Below, piece after piece: positions 19,474 to 29,257 of a stretch of 64,000 nt of DNA. Source of the stretch: Candidatus Poribacteria bacterium. Its GTDB lineage: Bacteria > Poribacteria > WGA-4E > WGA-3G. Numbering within the stretch: the first letter of the stretch is position 1; every line of letters begins with the position of its first letter. Location: assembly GCA_963665235.2 (NCBI GenBank), contig CAXXLX010000001.1, forward strand, positions 2,688,001-2,752,000, written 5' to 3'. The position numbers were made by a program, and so were the translations under genes. A model generated the notes under the pieces. The model saw only the letters and a program-made list of their open reading frames with translations, was not told the DNA's origin and did no database searches.

Positions 19474-22400
19474 ATGAAATATTTGACACTATTGATTACA
19501 ATTTTTTCTCTCTTAACGATATCTACCTTTTTTGATGCCACTCCTATCGCGGCAGATTCAGCTGCGTTATTGAATCGAGATGCGCGTTCATCTGCAAGGC
19601 GAGGCGCGCCGCCTCGTGGAGAAATTGCGTTGGTTAATGCCACCCAGCAAAGTGTAACGATTCAACTTGTCCTCACCGAATCAGATTTTGAAATCGGCAT
19701 GCAGGCACACGGTGGTAAACAGTTCCAGACGGTCTCGTTCCCGGGCTGTCGTTTCATAAGTGAACCGGGGGCACCCCGTCTTCCGATGAAAACGGCGTTA
19801 ATCGGGATTCCCGCTGAGGCAACGTTTGCGTTGCATGTTGTGAAAAGTGAGTTTAGCCGCCGCAACGTGCAGCCCATCGCATCTACATCACCCCGGATGG
19901 GCACATCAAGTGCTATCTGGACAAAAAACCGATTTTTTCCGGGCGAGGTTGCTACGCTCCGAACAGCCGGTTGGATTCGAGAAAATCGCGTGCTCCCTAT
20001 TCAGTTGAACCCTGTTCAGTATAATCCTGTGAGCGGGGAGGTCAAACTCTACCATCGTCTTGTCGTTGAGGTACAGTTTAACAACAGCACAGCGAATGCC
20101 CCATCAAGTGTACAGGGGTTTTCTCGTCCGGAATCTCCCTTTTATGAGGCAATGCTCGGCGGTTTGTTAATTAATCCGAAAACTGCTAAAGAGTGGCGTG
20201 CCCCGTTTATGGGTGCCGGCCCTGAGAGGGTAGCACACACCGGGCACGATTCACTTTTTTCTGTTCCGAGTGCCCCAGCGAGCATATCCCGCGCAGTACC
20301 ACGTTATAAAGTCCTTGTCACTGCTGATGGTATGTACCACATTACCGCTAGTGATTTAGCCGCAGCAGGTATTGATATAACCTCTATTGTGCCGACTACC
20401 CTCGCGTTATCTAACAAAGGGCGGCAAATACCTATCTTTGTCCGAGGGGATGGGGATGGGAGTTTTGATGTAATTGACCACGATGGTGATGGTAATATAG
20501 ACGTGGATGATGAAATTATCTTCTACGGTCAACGTGCTAGGGGTGAAAAAACCTATATCAATCCGTTTACCGATAAAAATATCTATTGGCTCTCATGGAA
20601 TGCGGGCCCGGGGCTCCGAATGGCAACGAAAACAGCGGATGTAGATACCGCGGATGCCTACGAACTCAGGCAATTTCTCACACGTCTCCACTTTGAGAAA
20701 GATTTTCCACAACATTTTCAACGGTTTCCTAATGCGAACCTCCCGGAAGAACATCAGTATGACCAGACGATTCAAGGGCTTCCGACGCGGACCTTCTCCC
20801 TCACAAGCTTACCCGCGCTCCCTGACGACAGCTGGTTTTGGACCAAACTGAGTGCCCCGGAAATAAAAACGTTCAACTTCACGCTCACCGGCGTAGCGGG
20901 TACCAGTCAACGCGCAACCATCCGCGTTGCATTTCATGGGAGGTCCACTACGGAGCATTATGTTGAGTTGTGGCTCAATGACAACAATGAACTCGGGGCA
21001 GCCTCATGGTATGGCGAGGAGGAATATCTCTTTGAAGCACCGCAAATTTCACAATCCTTTCTCAAAAATGATAAAAATATAATGCGCGTGAGTACCCCAG
21101 GCGGCGGTGTGTTGGATACCATGATGTTGAATTGGTTCGAGGTCGACTATTGGCGTACCTTTGAGGCTGAAGCTGATATTCTCCCCTTTTCAATCACGAT
21201 TTTGCCTGATGAACTTTGGACAGACGAGGCGGGAAACCTAGCTCCCAATTTTGAGGTGCAACTTAAAAACTTCTCTAATCCCAACATCGAAGTCTATGGC
21301 GTTGATGGCACCCGTTATGTTGGATTATCTCCAACTATAGATGAGGAGGTATTGGGCACTTATAAGGTTACCTTCCCCTATTCACAAATTGACGAAACTT
21401 CACAAGTTTATACGGGGCAACGAGAGGACGCAGCTGTTCAATATATTGCCCTCACCCCCGACAAATTCAGGAAACCGGCGCTCTTAGCAGATACACCCTC
21501 CGACTTACGCAACACTAACAACGGGGCCGATTACATCATTATTACCGATACCAACTTTATCTCAGACGTACAACCGCTCGCTGACCTACGGCATCAACAA
21601 GGTTTACGGGCTAAAGTGGTGGATGTCCAGAATATTTATGATGAATTTAATCACGGCATGCCTAATCCCTACGCCCTCCGCGATTTCCTTAAATACACTT
21701 ATCAAAATTGGCAACCGCCCGCGCCAACCTACGTCCTCCTCGTTGGCGATACGAACGTGAAGGACAAAACAAGTGTGGTCCCCACAATACAGGTCCAAAT
21801 TCCAGCACACGGTTCAACAGCAAGCGACCACCAATTTGTCACTTTCCGCGGTGAAGATAGCTTCCCAGACATGTTAGTCGGCAGAGTGCCTGTCACAAAT
21901 CGGGTGGATGTCCGCATATTTGTTGAACGCACTATTAACTATGAAACGGCAGCGGCTAGCCCCTGGCATAAACGTATCCTTATGCTTGCTGGTTCTGAAG
22001 CTATATTTCATTTCCAAACCGATAGACTTATTGAGGAAAGACAGCTCGACATCAAATATCATACAGAACGTATCTATGCCCCCACTACAGGCGAAGAGAC
22101 GTTCAGTGACCTGATTACGCCTGTCGGCAGAAAGGTTATGAATGGATTCAACAGCGGCGCAAGTCTCGTTAACTATATCGGGCACGGGGGTGGCGGCAGA
22201 TGGGCATCCAGCCGAATGATGGATTTGGAAGACCCTGAAAAGAACTTAACTAACATCTCCCAACTCCCCTTTGTTATTAGTATGACCTGCTTCACAGGCT
22301 TCTTTGATGGACAAAAGGGCTGCCTCGCTGAAGAGATGATTCGCTCCCCAAACGGCGGGGCCATCGCTGTTATCGGTGCCACCAGCATCGGAATGCTCGA

Positions 22401-24627
22401 TGCGGACTTCGACCTCAATCGCGAAATTTTTGAGGTAATTTTTGAAAAAAATACACGAAATATCGGGACCATCCTTGCCGAAGCCAAAACACAATTTCTG
22501 ATTAACTACCCCGGATACGTCGACCTCGCTGAAGTCTTCACCCTCTTCGGTGATCCCGCAACATATCTCAAATTACCGCACAAGCAGCTAGAGGTCACTG
22601 TGGATGTCGAGCCAGCAGCCGACGGGGACGTACCGCATAGCGAAACCCTGCTTACTGTTTCAGGAACGCTAGCCAATCCCAATTTTAACGGGGATGCGGA
22701 AATTACTGTTGTACCTATAGGAACACAGGCTACTGAAACGTCACCCCCTGATGGTTTAGACATAGCACCGCAAGCAGAGACCGCAAATATCACAGTCGCT
22801 GATGGGAAGTTTACAACACAAATGCGAATTCCGGTAGACAGTGCTTACGCGGCTTGGAATTTGATAGCCTACGCATGGAATGCTAATGAAGATGCTATCG
22901 GCTCTACAACCTATAACGTTACCAAGCAGTACGTTGACAACGTCCGACTTGAAACTACCCCCGTTATGCCAAATCAATCGGTTCATCTTTACGCTGAAGG
23001 AGTCAATGAAAGCAAGGTTGACACAATGACGCTCTATTGGAGCTGGGATGGCATAGATTTCTATACAATTCCGATGGAACAACACACAGGGACAACCTAT
23101 AGAAGTGAGCAACCTATCCCCGGATACCCGCAAGGGGACCTTGTCGATTATTATCTCCTTATCAAAACTAAAGATGGCGAGACGTTTGAAACAGAGTTGG
23201 TTACCTATGTAGTGGGCACCTTAGATGTCGGTGTTTCAGAAGATGCTATCAGTTGGAACCCCAGTGCCCCCTATCTCCTAACAGCACACATTACAAATAG
23301 GGGCTCCCTGCCTGCCGAGAATGTCCCGGTCAACTTTTTTTATATCATAGCACCAGACGGGGATGAAACACAAACGGTAACGCTTGAAGAACTTATTAAG
23401 AACGCAACCCCTATCGGCGAAGTTCAGACAGTGTCGGAAGTACCAGCCGATGGCAATGCCACAATAAGTGTACCCTGGAAACCGCCCCCTGGCACCTATA
23501 GAGTGATAGTCTTTGTGGACATGCCATCTACAGAGAATCCCAAAGGCACGCTAACCGAACTCACTAAACAGAATAACAGCGCATCCCGACAATTTGTGAA
23601 CAACCAACTTATCCTCACACCCGAAGATTTTAACCAGCCTATACAGAGCACGGATGGACTTTTACGTATTACTATTCCTGCGGAAAGTCTCCAAACCCTT
23701 GACATGGTGACGTTTGAAGAACTGGAACTTACCATTAAAAACCAACCCGACCTTGTTCCTGCTACTCAGACAACTGTGGAAACTACACCTGTCGCCTATC
23801 ATATCGATTTCGGTCAACAAACAGTATTGACAGGCACAGCTACGTTCATGAAAATCGAGAACGAAGATGTGCATATCTATAGGCGTGACGATGGAACTGG
23901 CAACTGGATTCGGAGTGGTGAGGAGATAGATGAGGACGAGACTCTCTCAACACAGGTTAAACTGCCCGGAACGTTTGCATTGCTATCCCATACCGATGCG
24001 CGTCCCCCCTTGTTGGAATTAACGGTTGAAAATCAGGGATTCGTTGATGGGGATTACATTCCAGATATGCCCATTATCTCCGCACGGATTGAGGACGCTA
24101 ACGGTATTGACCCACGCCCGGAGAATATTCTGCTCACTAAAAACGGGGAACGTGTTCCGCAAGAGGAGTATATCATTGCCGTTTCACCGATAACCAGCAA
24201 CGTTCTTCTGCTAACCTATACACCGTCAGCTCCGTTGCAAGCGGGAGAACACCGAATTCGGTTGCAGGCACAGGACGCGAACGGCAATGCAGCGGATACG
24301 AGCCGAACCGCAAACGTCGCTGGCGGATTTGGCATTGAAAACATCGCCAACTTTCCGAACCCGTTCCGGCCTGGGAGGGGCACTAACTTCGCCTACTATC
24401 TCACGGAAGGGGCGGACAGGGTGAGCCTCAAGATTTACACGCTCACAGGAAAACGGATTGTCAATATTGACACGCTTGATGCCGCTGTTTCTTACAACGA
24501 ATACCATTATGACGGTTTAGATGCGGATGGCGAACCTCTTGCAAACGGTGTTTATATCTACAAATTCACGGCGCATAAGGGGGATGTCCGTAAGGAGAAG
24601 GTGGGGAAGATAGTCGTGCTCAAATAA
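19474..24627 (+). CDS. Peptidase C25 (gingipain/PorU-like) with propeptide, CARDB-like and C-terminal FlgD/T9SS-CTD-like domains
   Basis: Signal peptide, ADYIIIT, IYDEFNHG, YVLLVGD, VGRVP, NYIGHG (His), SMTC (Cys), LFGDP, NFPNPF...LANGVYIYK. Confidence 0.88.
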   Translation: MKYLTLLITIFSLLTISTFFDATPIAADSAALLNRDARSSARRGAPPRGEIALVNATQQSVTIQLVLTESDFEIGMQAHGGKQFQTVSFPGCRFISEPGAPRLPMKTALIGIPAEATFALHVVKSEFSRRNVQPIASTSPRMGTSSAIWTKNRFFPGEVATLRTAGWIRENRVLPIQLNPVQYNPVSGEVKLYHRLVVEVQFNNSTANAPSSVQGFSRPESPFYEAMLGGLLINPKTAKEWRAPFMGAGPERVAHTGHDSLFSVPSAPASISRAVPRYKVLVTADGMYHITASDLAAAGIDITSIVPTTLALSNKGRQIPIFVRGDGDGSFDVIDHDGDGNIDVDDEIIFYGQRARGEKTYINPFTDKNIYWLSWNAGPGLRMATKTADVDTADAYELRQFLTRLHFEKDFPQHFQRFPNANLPEEHQYDQTIQGLPTRTFSLTSLPALPDDSWFWTKLSAPEIKTFNFTLTGVAGTSQRATIRVAFHGRSTTEHYVELWLNDNNELGAASWYGEEEYLFEAPQISQSFLKNDKNIMRVSTPGGGVLDTMMLNWFEVDYWRTFEAEADILPFSITILPDELWTDEAGNLAPNFEVQLKNFSNPNIEVYGVDGTRYVGLSPTIDEEVLGTYKVTFPYSQIDETSQVYTGQREDAAVQYIALTPDKFRKPALLADTPSDLRNTNNGADYIIITDTNFISDVQPLADLRHQQGLRAKVVDVQNIYDEFNHGMPNPYALRDFLKYTYQNWQPPAPTYVLLVGDTNVKDKTSVVPTIQVQIPAHGSTASDHQFVTFRGEDSFPDMLVGRVPVTNRVDVRIFVERTINYETAAASPWHKRILMLAGSEAIFHFQTDRLIEERQLDIKYHTERIYAPTTGEETFSDLITPVGRKVMNGFNSGASLVNYIGHGGGGRWASSRMMDLEDPEKNLTNISQLPFVISMTCFTGFFDGQKGCLAEEMIRSPNGGAIAVIGATSIGMLDADFDLNREIFEVIFEKNTRNIGTILAEAKTQFLINYPGYVDLAEVFTLFGDPATYLKLPHKQLEVTVDVEPAADGDVPHSETLLTVSGTLANPNFNGDAEITVVPIGTQATETSPPDGLDIAPQAETANITVADGKFTTQMRIPVDSAYAAWNLIAYAWNANEDAIGSTTYNVTKQYVDNVRLETTPVMPNQSVHLYAEGVNESKVDTMTLYWSWDGIDFYTIPMEQHTGTTYRSEQPIPGYPQGDLVDYYLLIKTKDGETFETELVTYVVGTLDVGVSEDAISWNPSAPYLLTAHITNRGSLPAENVPVNFFYIIAPDGDETQTVTLEELIKNATPIGEVQTVSEVPADGNATISVPWKPPPGTYRVIVFVDMPSTENPKGTLTELTKQNNSASRQFVNNQLILTPEDFNQPIQSTDGLLRITIPAESLQTLDMVTFEELELTIKNQPDLVPATQTTVETTPVAYHIDFGQQTVLTGTATFMKIENEDVHIYRRDDGTGNWIRSGEEIDEDETLSTQVKLPGTFALLSHTDARPPLLELTVENQGFVDGDYIPDMPIISARIEDANGIDPRPENILLTKNGERVPQEEYIIAVSPITSNVLLLTYTPSAPLQAGEHRIRLQAQDANGNAADTSRTANVAGGFGIENIANFPNPFRPGRGTNFAYYLTEGADRVSLKIYTLTGKRIVNIDTLDAAVSYNEYHYDGLDADGEPLANGVYIYKFTAHKGDVRKEKVGKIVVLK

Positions 24628-24644
24628 GCCCGCTCCTACAGAAG

Positions 24645-25626
24645 TCAGGTGCGTCCAAACACTAACACATCGTAAGGCTGCCCCCTATACGAAAACTGTG
24701 CTTTGAACTGGCCTTCACACGTAAACCCCGCAGCCTCTAAAACCGCCGCCTTCTCCTCAGCACCACTGTCAACATAACACTGTACCTTCATCGATTCAGG
24801 AAACTTCAACGCTGAAAGTAGAACGGGCACGTCCCCAGCAAAATTCGGATGAAAAAACAGATCGAGGAGTGCAACAGCGTTTTGCCACCGAGCCTCCCGA
24901 CACACCGTCGCCCAACCGACGACCGCACCACTGGAGGTGACTAACAATTTGGCATCATCATAAGTGTCGTCTGTTTCCAAAGTGTGCTTGAAATGCAGAA
25001 AACCCCCCCTCAAGATTCGTTGGACCGTAAACGTTCCACGCCAGACTGCGGAGTGTGTCCCACCCGACGATTGCTGAGAGCGCGGTTACCTTCGGCCAGT
25101 CGTGCCATTCAACAGATTTCGGATGTGCTGCTGTTTGCTCGAAATAGCTGGCAGCAAAGTCCTCACTCACATGATATTTCATGAAACCTGATTCCGGAAG
25201 GACACTCTCAAATCCGAAACTTCCGTAGATATGATACGGATGACCATTATAGCCTGTGCCGAGGTATAAAGCGCGTCCTGTCCGTTGCCGAAAATCCTCC
25301 ATCTGATACGTCATTGTGCCTTTACACGCCCCTTTCCTACGCTGCTCTGGCACCGTAAAGACATGCCCTAAAATCCCAATACCCTCATGTTCAACTGTCA
25401 TGATGTTGGTAATCACTTTTCCATCAAGCTTCCCAACATAAAAACGGGTTTCTAGTGCGTCAAGGGTTTCGGTAACACACCGTTCAATGTGCCATTTATA
25501 GTTTCCTGGTTTGTGCCCGAGGAATTGCTTTAGTTCTTCTGCATGCAGTTCATCGGGGACGTGAATTACGCCGACTTCCATCTGTTCGCCTGTTTTCAGC
25601 ACTGTGTTTCCCAATTTATCATACAT
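24645..25626 (-). pseudogene. GNAT-family acetyltransferase interrupted by a +1 frameshift in a G7 run
   Basis: ORF 24958-25626 has VFTVPEQRRKG; ORF 24645-25013 has a second GNAT-like end (LEAAGFTCEG); removing one G at 25003-25009 joins them as NLEGGFLHFK. Confidence 0.75.
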
Positions 25627-25864
25627 ATTTTCAGCCTACTCCAAAATTCTAAAATTAAAAAGTTTGACAAAATTTCTTAAAATATGATATACTTAAAAAA
25701 ATTGAATGTCAAGCACCAACGCTTATTGGGTTAAGACTATTTAGTCTTCGGTTTTTTGTTCGACGGAGAAGACCCGAAACTGCGAAGAAAATAGAGGCCC
25801 CTGCTTATTCGCTTGTTATAGCAAGGCTGAAATCAATTCAAAATAATACTAAGGGACAGGTTAC

Positions 25865-26284
25865 ATGGAGAAAGAAAAAACACTGGTTCTGATTAAACCG
25901 GATGGCGTTCAACGGGGACTCATCGGGGAAATCATTTCACGTTACGAAAATAAAGGGCTCGAACTTATCGGCTTGAAATTGTTGAAGCTCCCGCTTGCTA
26001 AAGCAGAGGAACTTTATCTTGAACATAAAGGAAGACCTTTTTACAACAAACTTATTGAATTTATGACATCGGCACCTATTGTCGCAATTGCTATTGAAGG
26101 ACAGAATGCTATAGAAGCGGTACGGCTCATTAACGGCGCAACCGATCCGGCTGAATCCCGACCGGGTAGCATTCGCGGCGATTATTCAAATAATGTGACA
26201 TATAACGTCGTGCATGCGTCGGACTCCGTAGAAACTGCTCTGCGCGAATTGGAGCTCCTATTTACATCTGATGAGCTCCAGTAA
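25865..26284 (+). CDS. ndk: Nucleoside diphosphate kinase
   Basis: TLVLIKPDGVQRGLIGEII, GATDP, PGSIRGD, NVVHASDS. Confidence 0.97.
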   Translation: MEKEKTLVLIKPDGVQRGLIGEIISRYENKGLELIGLKLLKLPLAKAEELYLEHKGRPFYNKLIEFMTSAPIVAIAIEGQNAIEAVRLINGATDPAESRPGSIRGDYSNNVTYNVVHASDSVETALRELELLFTSDELQ

Positions 26285-27074
26285 AGCAAGAGAATTTGCT
26301 TGCCCTTAAAGCACGGCGGAGATGCCGGGGTCGGTATAAATAGAAATTTTGTGGACTCTCTCGTGGATGGACGCTACGCATATTGAGGAACGACTATGAA
26401 TGACCGAGTTGTTAACTTCACACAAAAAAAATTAGTCGGTCTTAGCGATATATACCCGTTCGCGTCCTTAAACCCCGCAGACGCTATTAACTATCGGTTT
26501 ACCCCCCCCCTTAATATATTTAACTTAAAAGCAAGTTATTCCAATAGCGGTTTCACTGCTGTTCAGGCAATAACAGCAAATGCCTTCATTCCATTTTTTA
26601 TTCATCTTGTCCGACGCAGCACCTTGGATTCCCAGACAGGGAACCCTTCCAAGGTGCTGAATACGTTTAAGGACAGGAATTCCACTCCCAACGTGCCGAG
26701 CCTCATATCCGCAAAATCTGGACATCTTAATTCTAAGCGGACCGGGGGCAAACAACTCCGTGGACTACGGCAGGTGCGTAACAACTCCCTCACAGAGAAT
26801 CTCGCGCTTGCTGTTACAAGGCGGCAAGGCACAACGGAGATATGTCCTGCCTTGATTACAAATCGAGGCGTTAATTTTGCGCGGCACCCCAAGTTCCGCG
26901 CCCTGTTGCACAACGTTCCTACTCCGCGCTTAGTGAAGTGGGCACATCTGTGCAATATATTGTTTCAAGGTGTCCGCCAAGTCTATCCGTTCAGGACAGT
27001 TAACAGCGCGTACGCCTCGTAGATGCAGCGATGCTGTATCCGATAAAAATCTAACCTAATATAGGAGGTTAATC

Positions 27075-27878
27075 ATGAAAATTGCTAATATGTATAACAG
27101 ATTAAGACATCTTGAACGTGTTGCCTTTATCATAATGCTCATCGTTGGGCTTACTTTCAGCGTATATGCTGGAAAAGATGACTGCACAAACCTTGATGGC
27201 GACGGTGCGAAACCTATTAAAGAGGTTAACGAAGAAGCTGTCGGTACCCAAAACGATTATGACGATGTCGTTAAAGAGGATGACCGCAAAGGCGTTATCT
27301 ATCTCGCTGTCATTGGTGGTGATCAGCCGAAACCGAACGGGTGTGGTCTTATTCCGAAAAATCCAGCAAACGAATGGACAGGCTGGGGCGGTCCCCTAAA
27401 CTTTGACAATGCGACTATCGGTGAAGGAGGGGGCAGCCGAAATCATATCGTTATCGGCGGAATCTACTTTGAGCGCGGCATCGGCGCACATTCTGTTGGC
27501 ACTTTGGTTTACGATCTCACCGGCGGCAATTACCTCAAGTTTGAGGCGTACGTCGGCATGTCCGATGAAAAAGACCCGGGCGATTGTGGACACGGCGGAA
27601 GTGGCGACTTCATATTTTCTCTTGATGGAAAAGAGGTTTTCAAATCCGAAACACTTAAAGGGGCCGATGGCGGCAAAAATGTTGAGGCTCTCAAGGTAGA
27701 ATTTGACATTCCCGCAAACGCCAAAGAGCTCACAATCGTTATGGGCAACGGTGGAGACGGAAACGGCTGCGACCACTCCGCAATGGGCGACGCTAAACTC
27801 CTCACCTCACAGGCACTCGCCGTTGAACCGGGCAACAAACTCCCCACAATCTGGGGACACCTGAAGGCACAGTATTAA
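27075..27878 (+). CDS. Secreted NPCBM/NEW2-domain protein, paralog 1
   Basis: Signal peptide, IGGIYFERGIGAHS, FEAYVGMSD, DGNGCDHSAMGDAKL, C-terminal VEPGNKLPTIWGHLK. Confidence 0.85.
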   Translation: MKIANMYNRLRHLERVAFIIMLIVGLTFSVYAGKDDCTNLDGDGAKPIKEVNEEAVGTQNDYDDVVKEDDRKGVIYLAVIGGDQPKPNGCGLIPKNPANEWTGWGGPLNFDNATIGEGGGSRNHIVIGGIYFERGIGAHSVGTLVYDLTGGNYLKFEAYVGMSDEKDPGDCGHGGSGDFIFSLDGKEVFKSETLKGADGGKNVEALKVEFDIPANAKELTIVMGNGGDGNGCDHSAMGDAKLLTSQALAVEPGNKLPTIWGHLKAQY

Positions 27879-28158
27879 ACACTGAACCCGTAACACCGGA
27901 TAGCGTTCATACCGAGCTGCTATTTAGCAGGGTGAATGCTTCCGCAACTTGAATGGATTACAACTGGGGAGCTGCTAGGACATTAACACATAACCGTGTC
28001 TATAGCACATCCCCATAAAGCATTTCCGGATTACCCCGGAGAAACGTTAGAATATCACCTTGTCGATAGCGTCCTTTCGCATCCTACGGTGAGCTAACTT
28101 AGACGTATTAAACTGCGTTTTTATCAATATCTAAAAAAATAGATGGAGGTTCAAAACA

Positions 28159-28935
28159 TTGAAACTGACTAACCTATTTGCTTTAAGCGTTCTACTTATC
28201 ATTGGACTTACCTTCAGCGTGTATGCTGGCAAAAGCGACTGCACAAACCTTGATGGCGACGGTGCAAAACCTATTACAGAGGTCGCTAGCGAAGATGTCG
28301 GCACCCAAAACGATTATGACGAGGTCGTTGAAGAAGATGACCGGGAGGGTGTTGTCTACCTTGCTGTCGTTGGGGGAAGTCAACCGCAACCGAACGCGTG
28401 TGGTCTTATTCCGAAAAATCCAGAAAACGAATGGACAGGCTGGGGTGGCCCGCTAAACTACGACAACGCTACTATTGGTGAAGGGGCAACTACCCGAAAC
28501 CATATCGTTATCGGCGGAATCTATTTTGAGCGCGGCATCGGCGCACATTCTGTTGGCACTTTTGTTTACGACCTCACCGGGGCAGATTACGTCAAATTTG
28601 AGGCGTACGCCGGCATGTCTGATGAAAAAGACCCGGGCGATTGTGGACACGGGGGCAGCAGCCATTTCGTCTTTTCTATTGATGGAACAGATGTCGTCAC
28701 AACCGAAACGTTGAAAGGCACAGATAGCGGCGAAAATGTTGAGGCTTTCAAGGTCGAATTTGAAATTCCCGCAAACGCCAAAGAGCTCACAATTGTTATG
28801 GGCGACGGTGGCGATGGATTAGGCTGCGACCACTCCGCATTGGGCGATGCCAAACTCATCACCTCCCAAGCAACCGCCGTTGAACCTGCCAACAAACTCC
28901 CCACAATCTGGGGACACCTGAAGGCACAGTACTAA
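28159..28935 (+). CDS. Secreted NPCBM/NEW2-domain protein, paralog 2 (tandem duplicate)
   Basis: Closely similar to 27075-27878; TTG start with GGAGG RBS. Confidence 0.85.
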   Translation: MKLTNLFALSVLLIIGLTFSVYAGKSDCTNLDGDGAKPITEVASEDVGTQNDYDEVVEEDDREGVVYLAVVGGSQPQPNACGLIPKNPENEWTGWGGPLNYDNATIGEGATTRNHIVIGGIYFERGIGAHSVGTFVYDLTGADYVKFEAYAGMSDEKDPGDCGHGGSSHFVFSIDGTDVVTTETLKGTDSGENVEAFKVEFEIPANAKELTIVMGDGGDGLGCDHSALGDAKLITSQATAVEPANKLPTIWGHLKAQY

Positions 28936-29257
28936 TATTTCAATTGTGTAGGTCGGGTTAAACCCGACCCCACAGATCGTGTGAAAAGTCTGCTCTATCC
29001 AAAAAGCGTAGCTTTTGGCTGGAGCAGGCTTTTCCTTGCAATTTCACTTCCTCCATCCTTCCATACAAACTCTTGCTAAATGCCAATAGCCAATAGCCAA
29101 TAGCCAAAGAAATATAAGAGGGCTCTTCCTCTTTGTTTTCTTTTTCTTGCTAAATGCCAACTGTCAATAGCCAATAGCCAATGAAAACATATTGAAATAT
29201 AGCTGCAGTTGTGCTAAAATAATTAAAAAGACATCTACGATACAAAGGAGTTTTCAG

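Noticed and set aside
26396-27022. 208-aa ORF as a confident CDS
   Set aside because: No recognisable motif and atypical composition; kept only as an unexplained region
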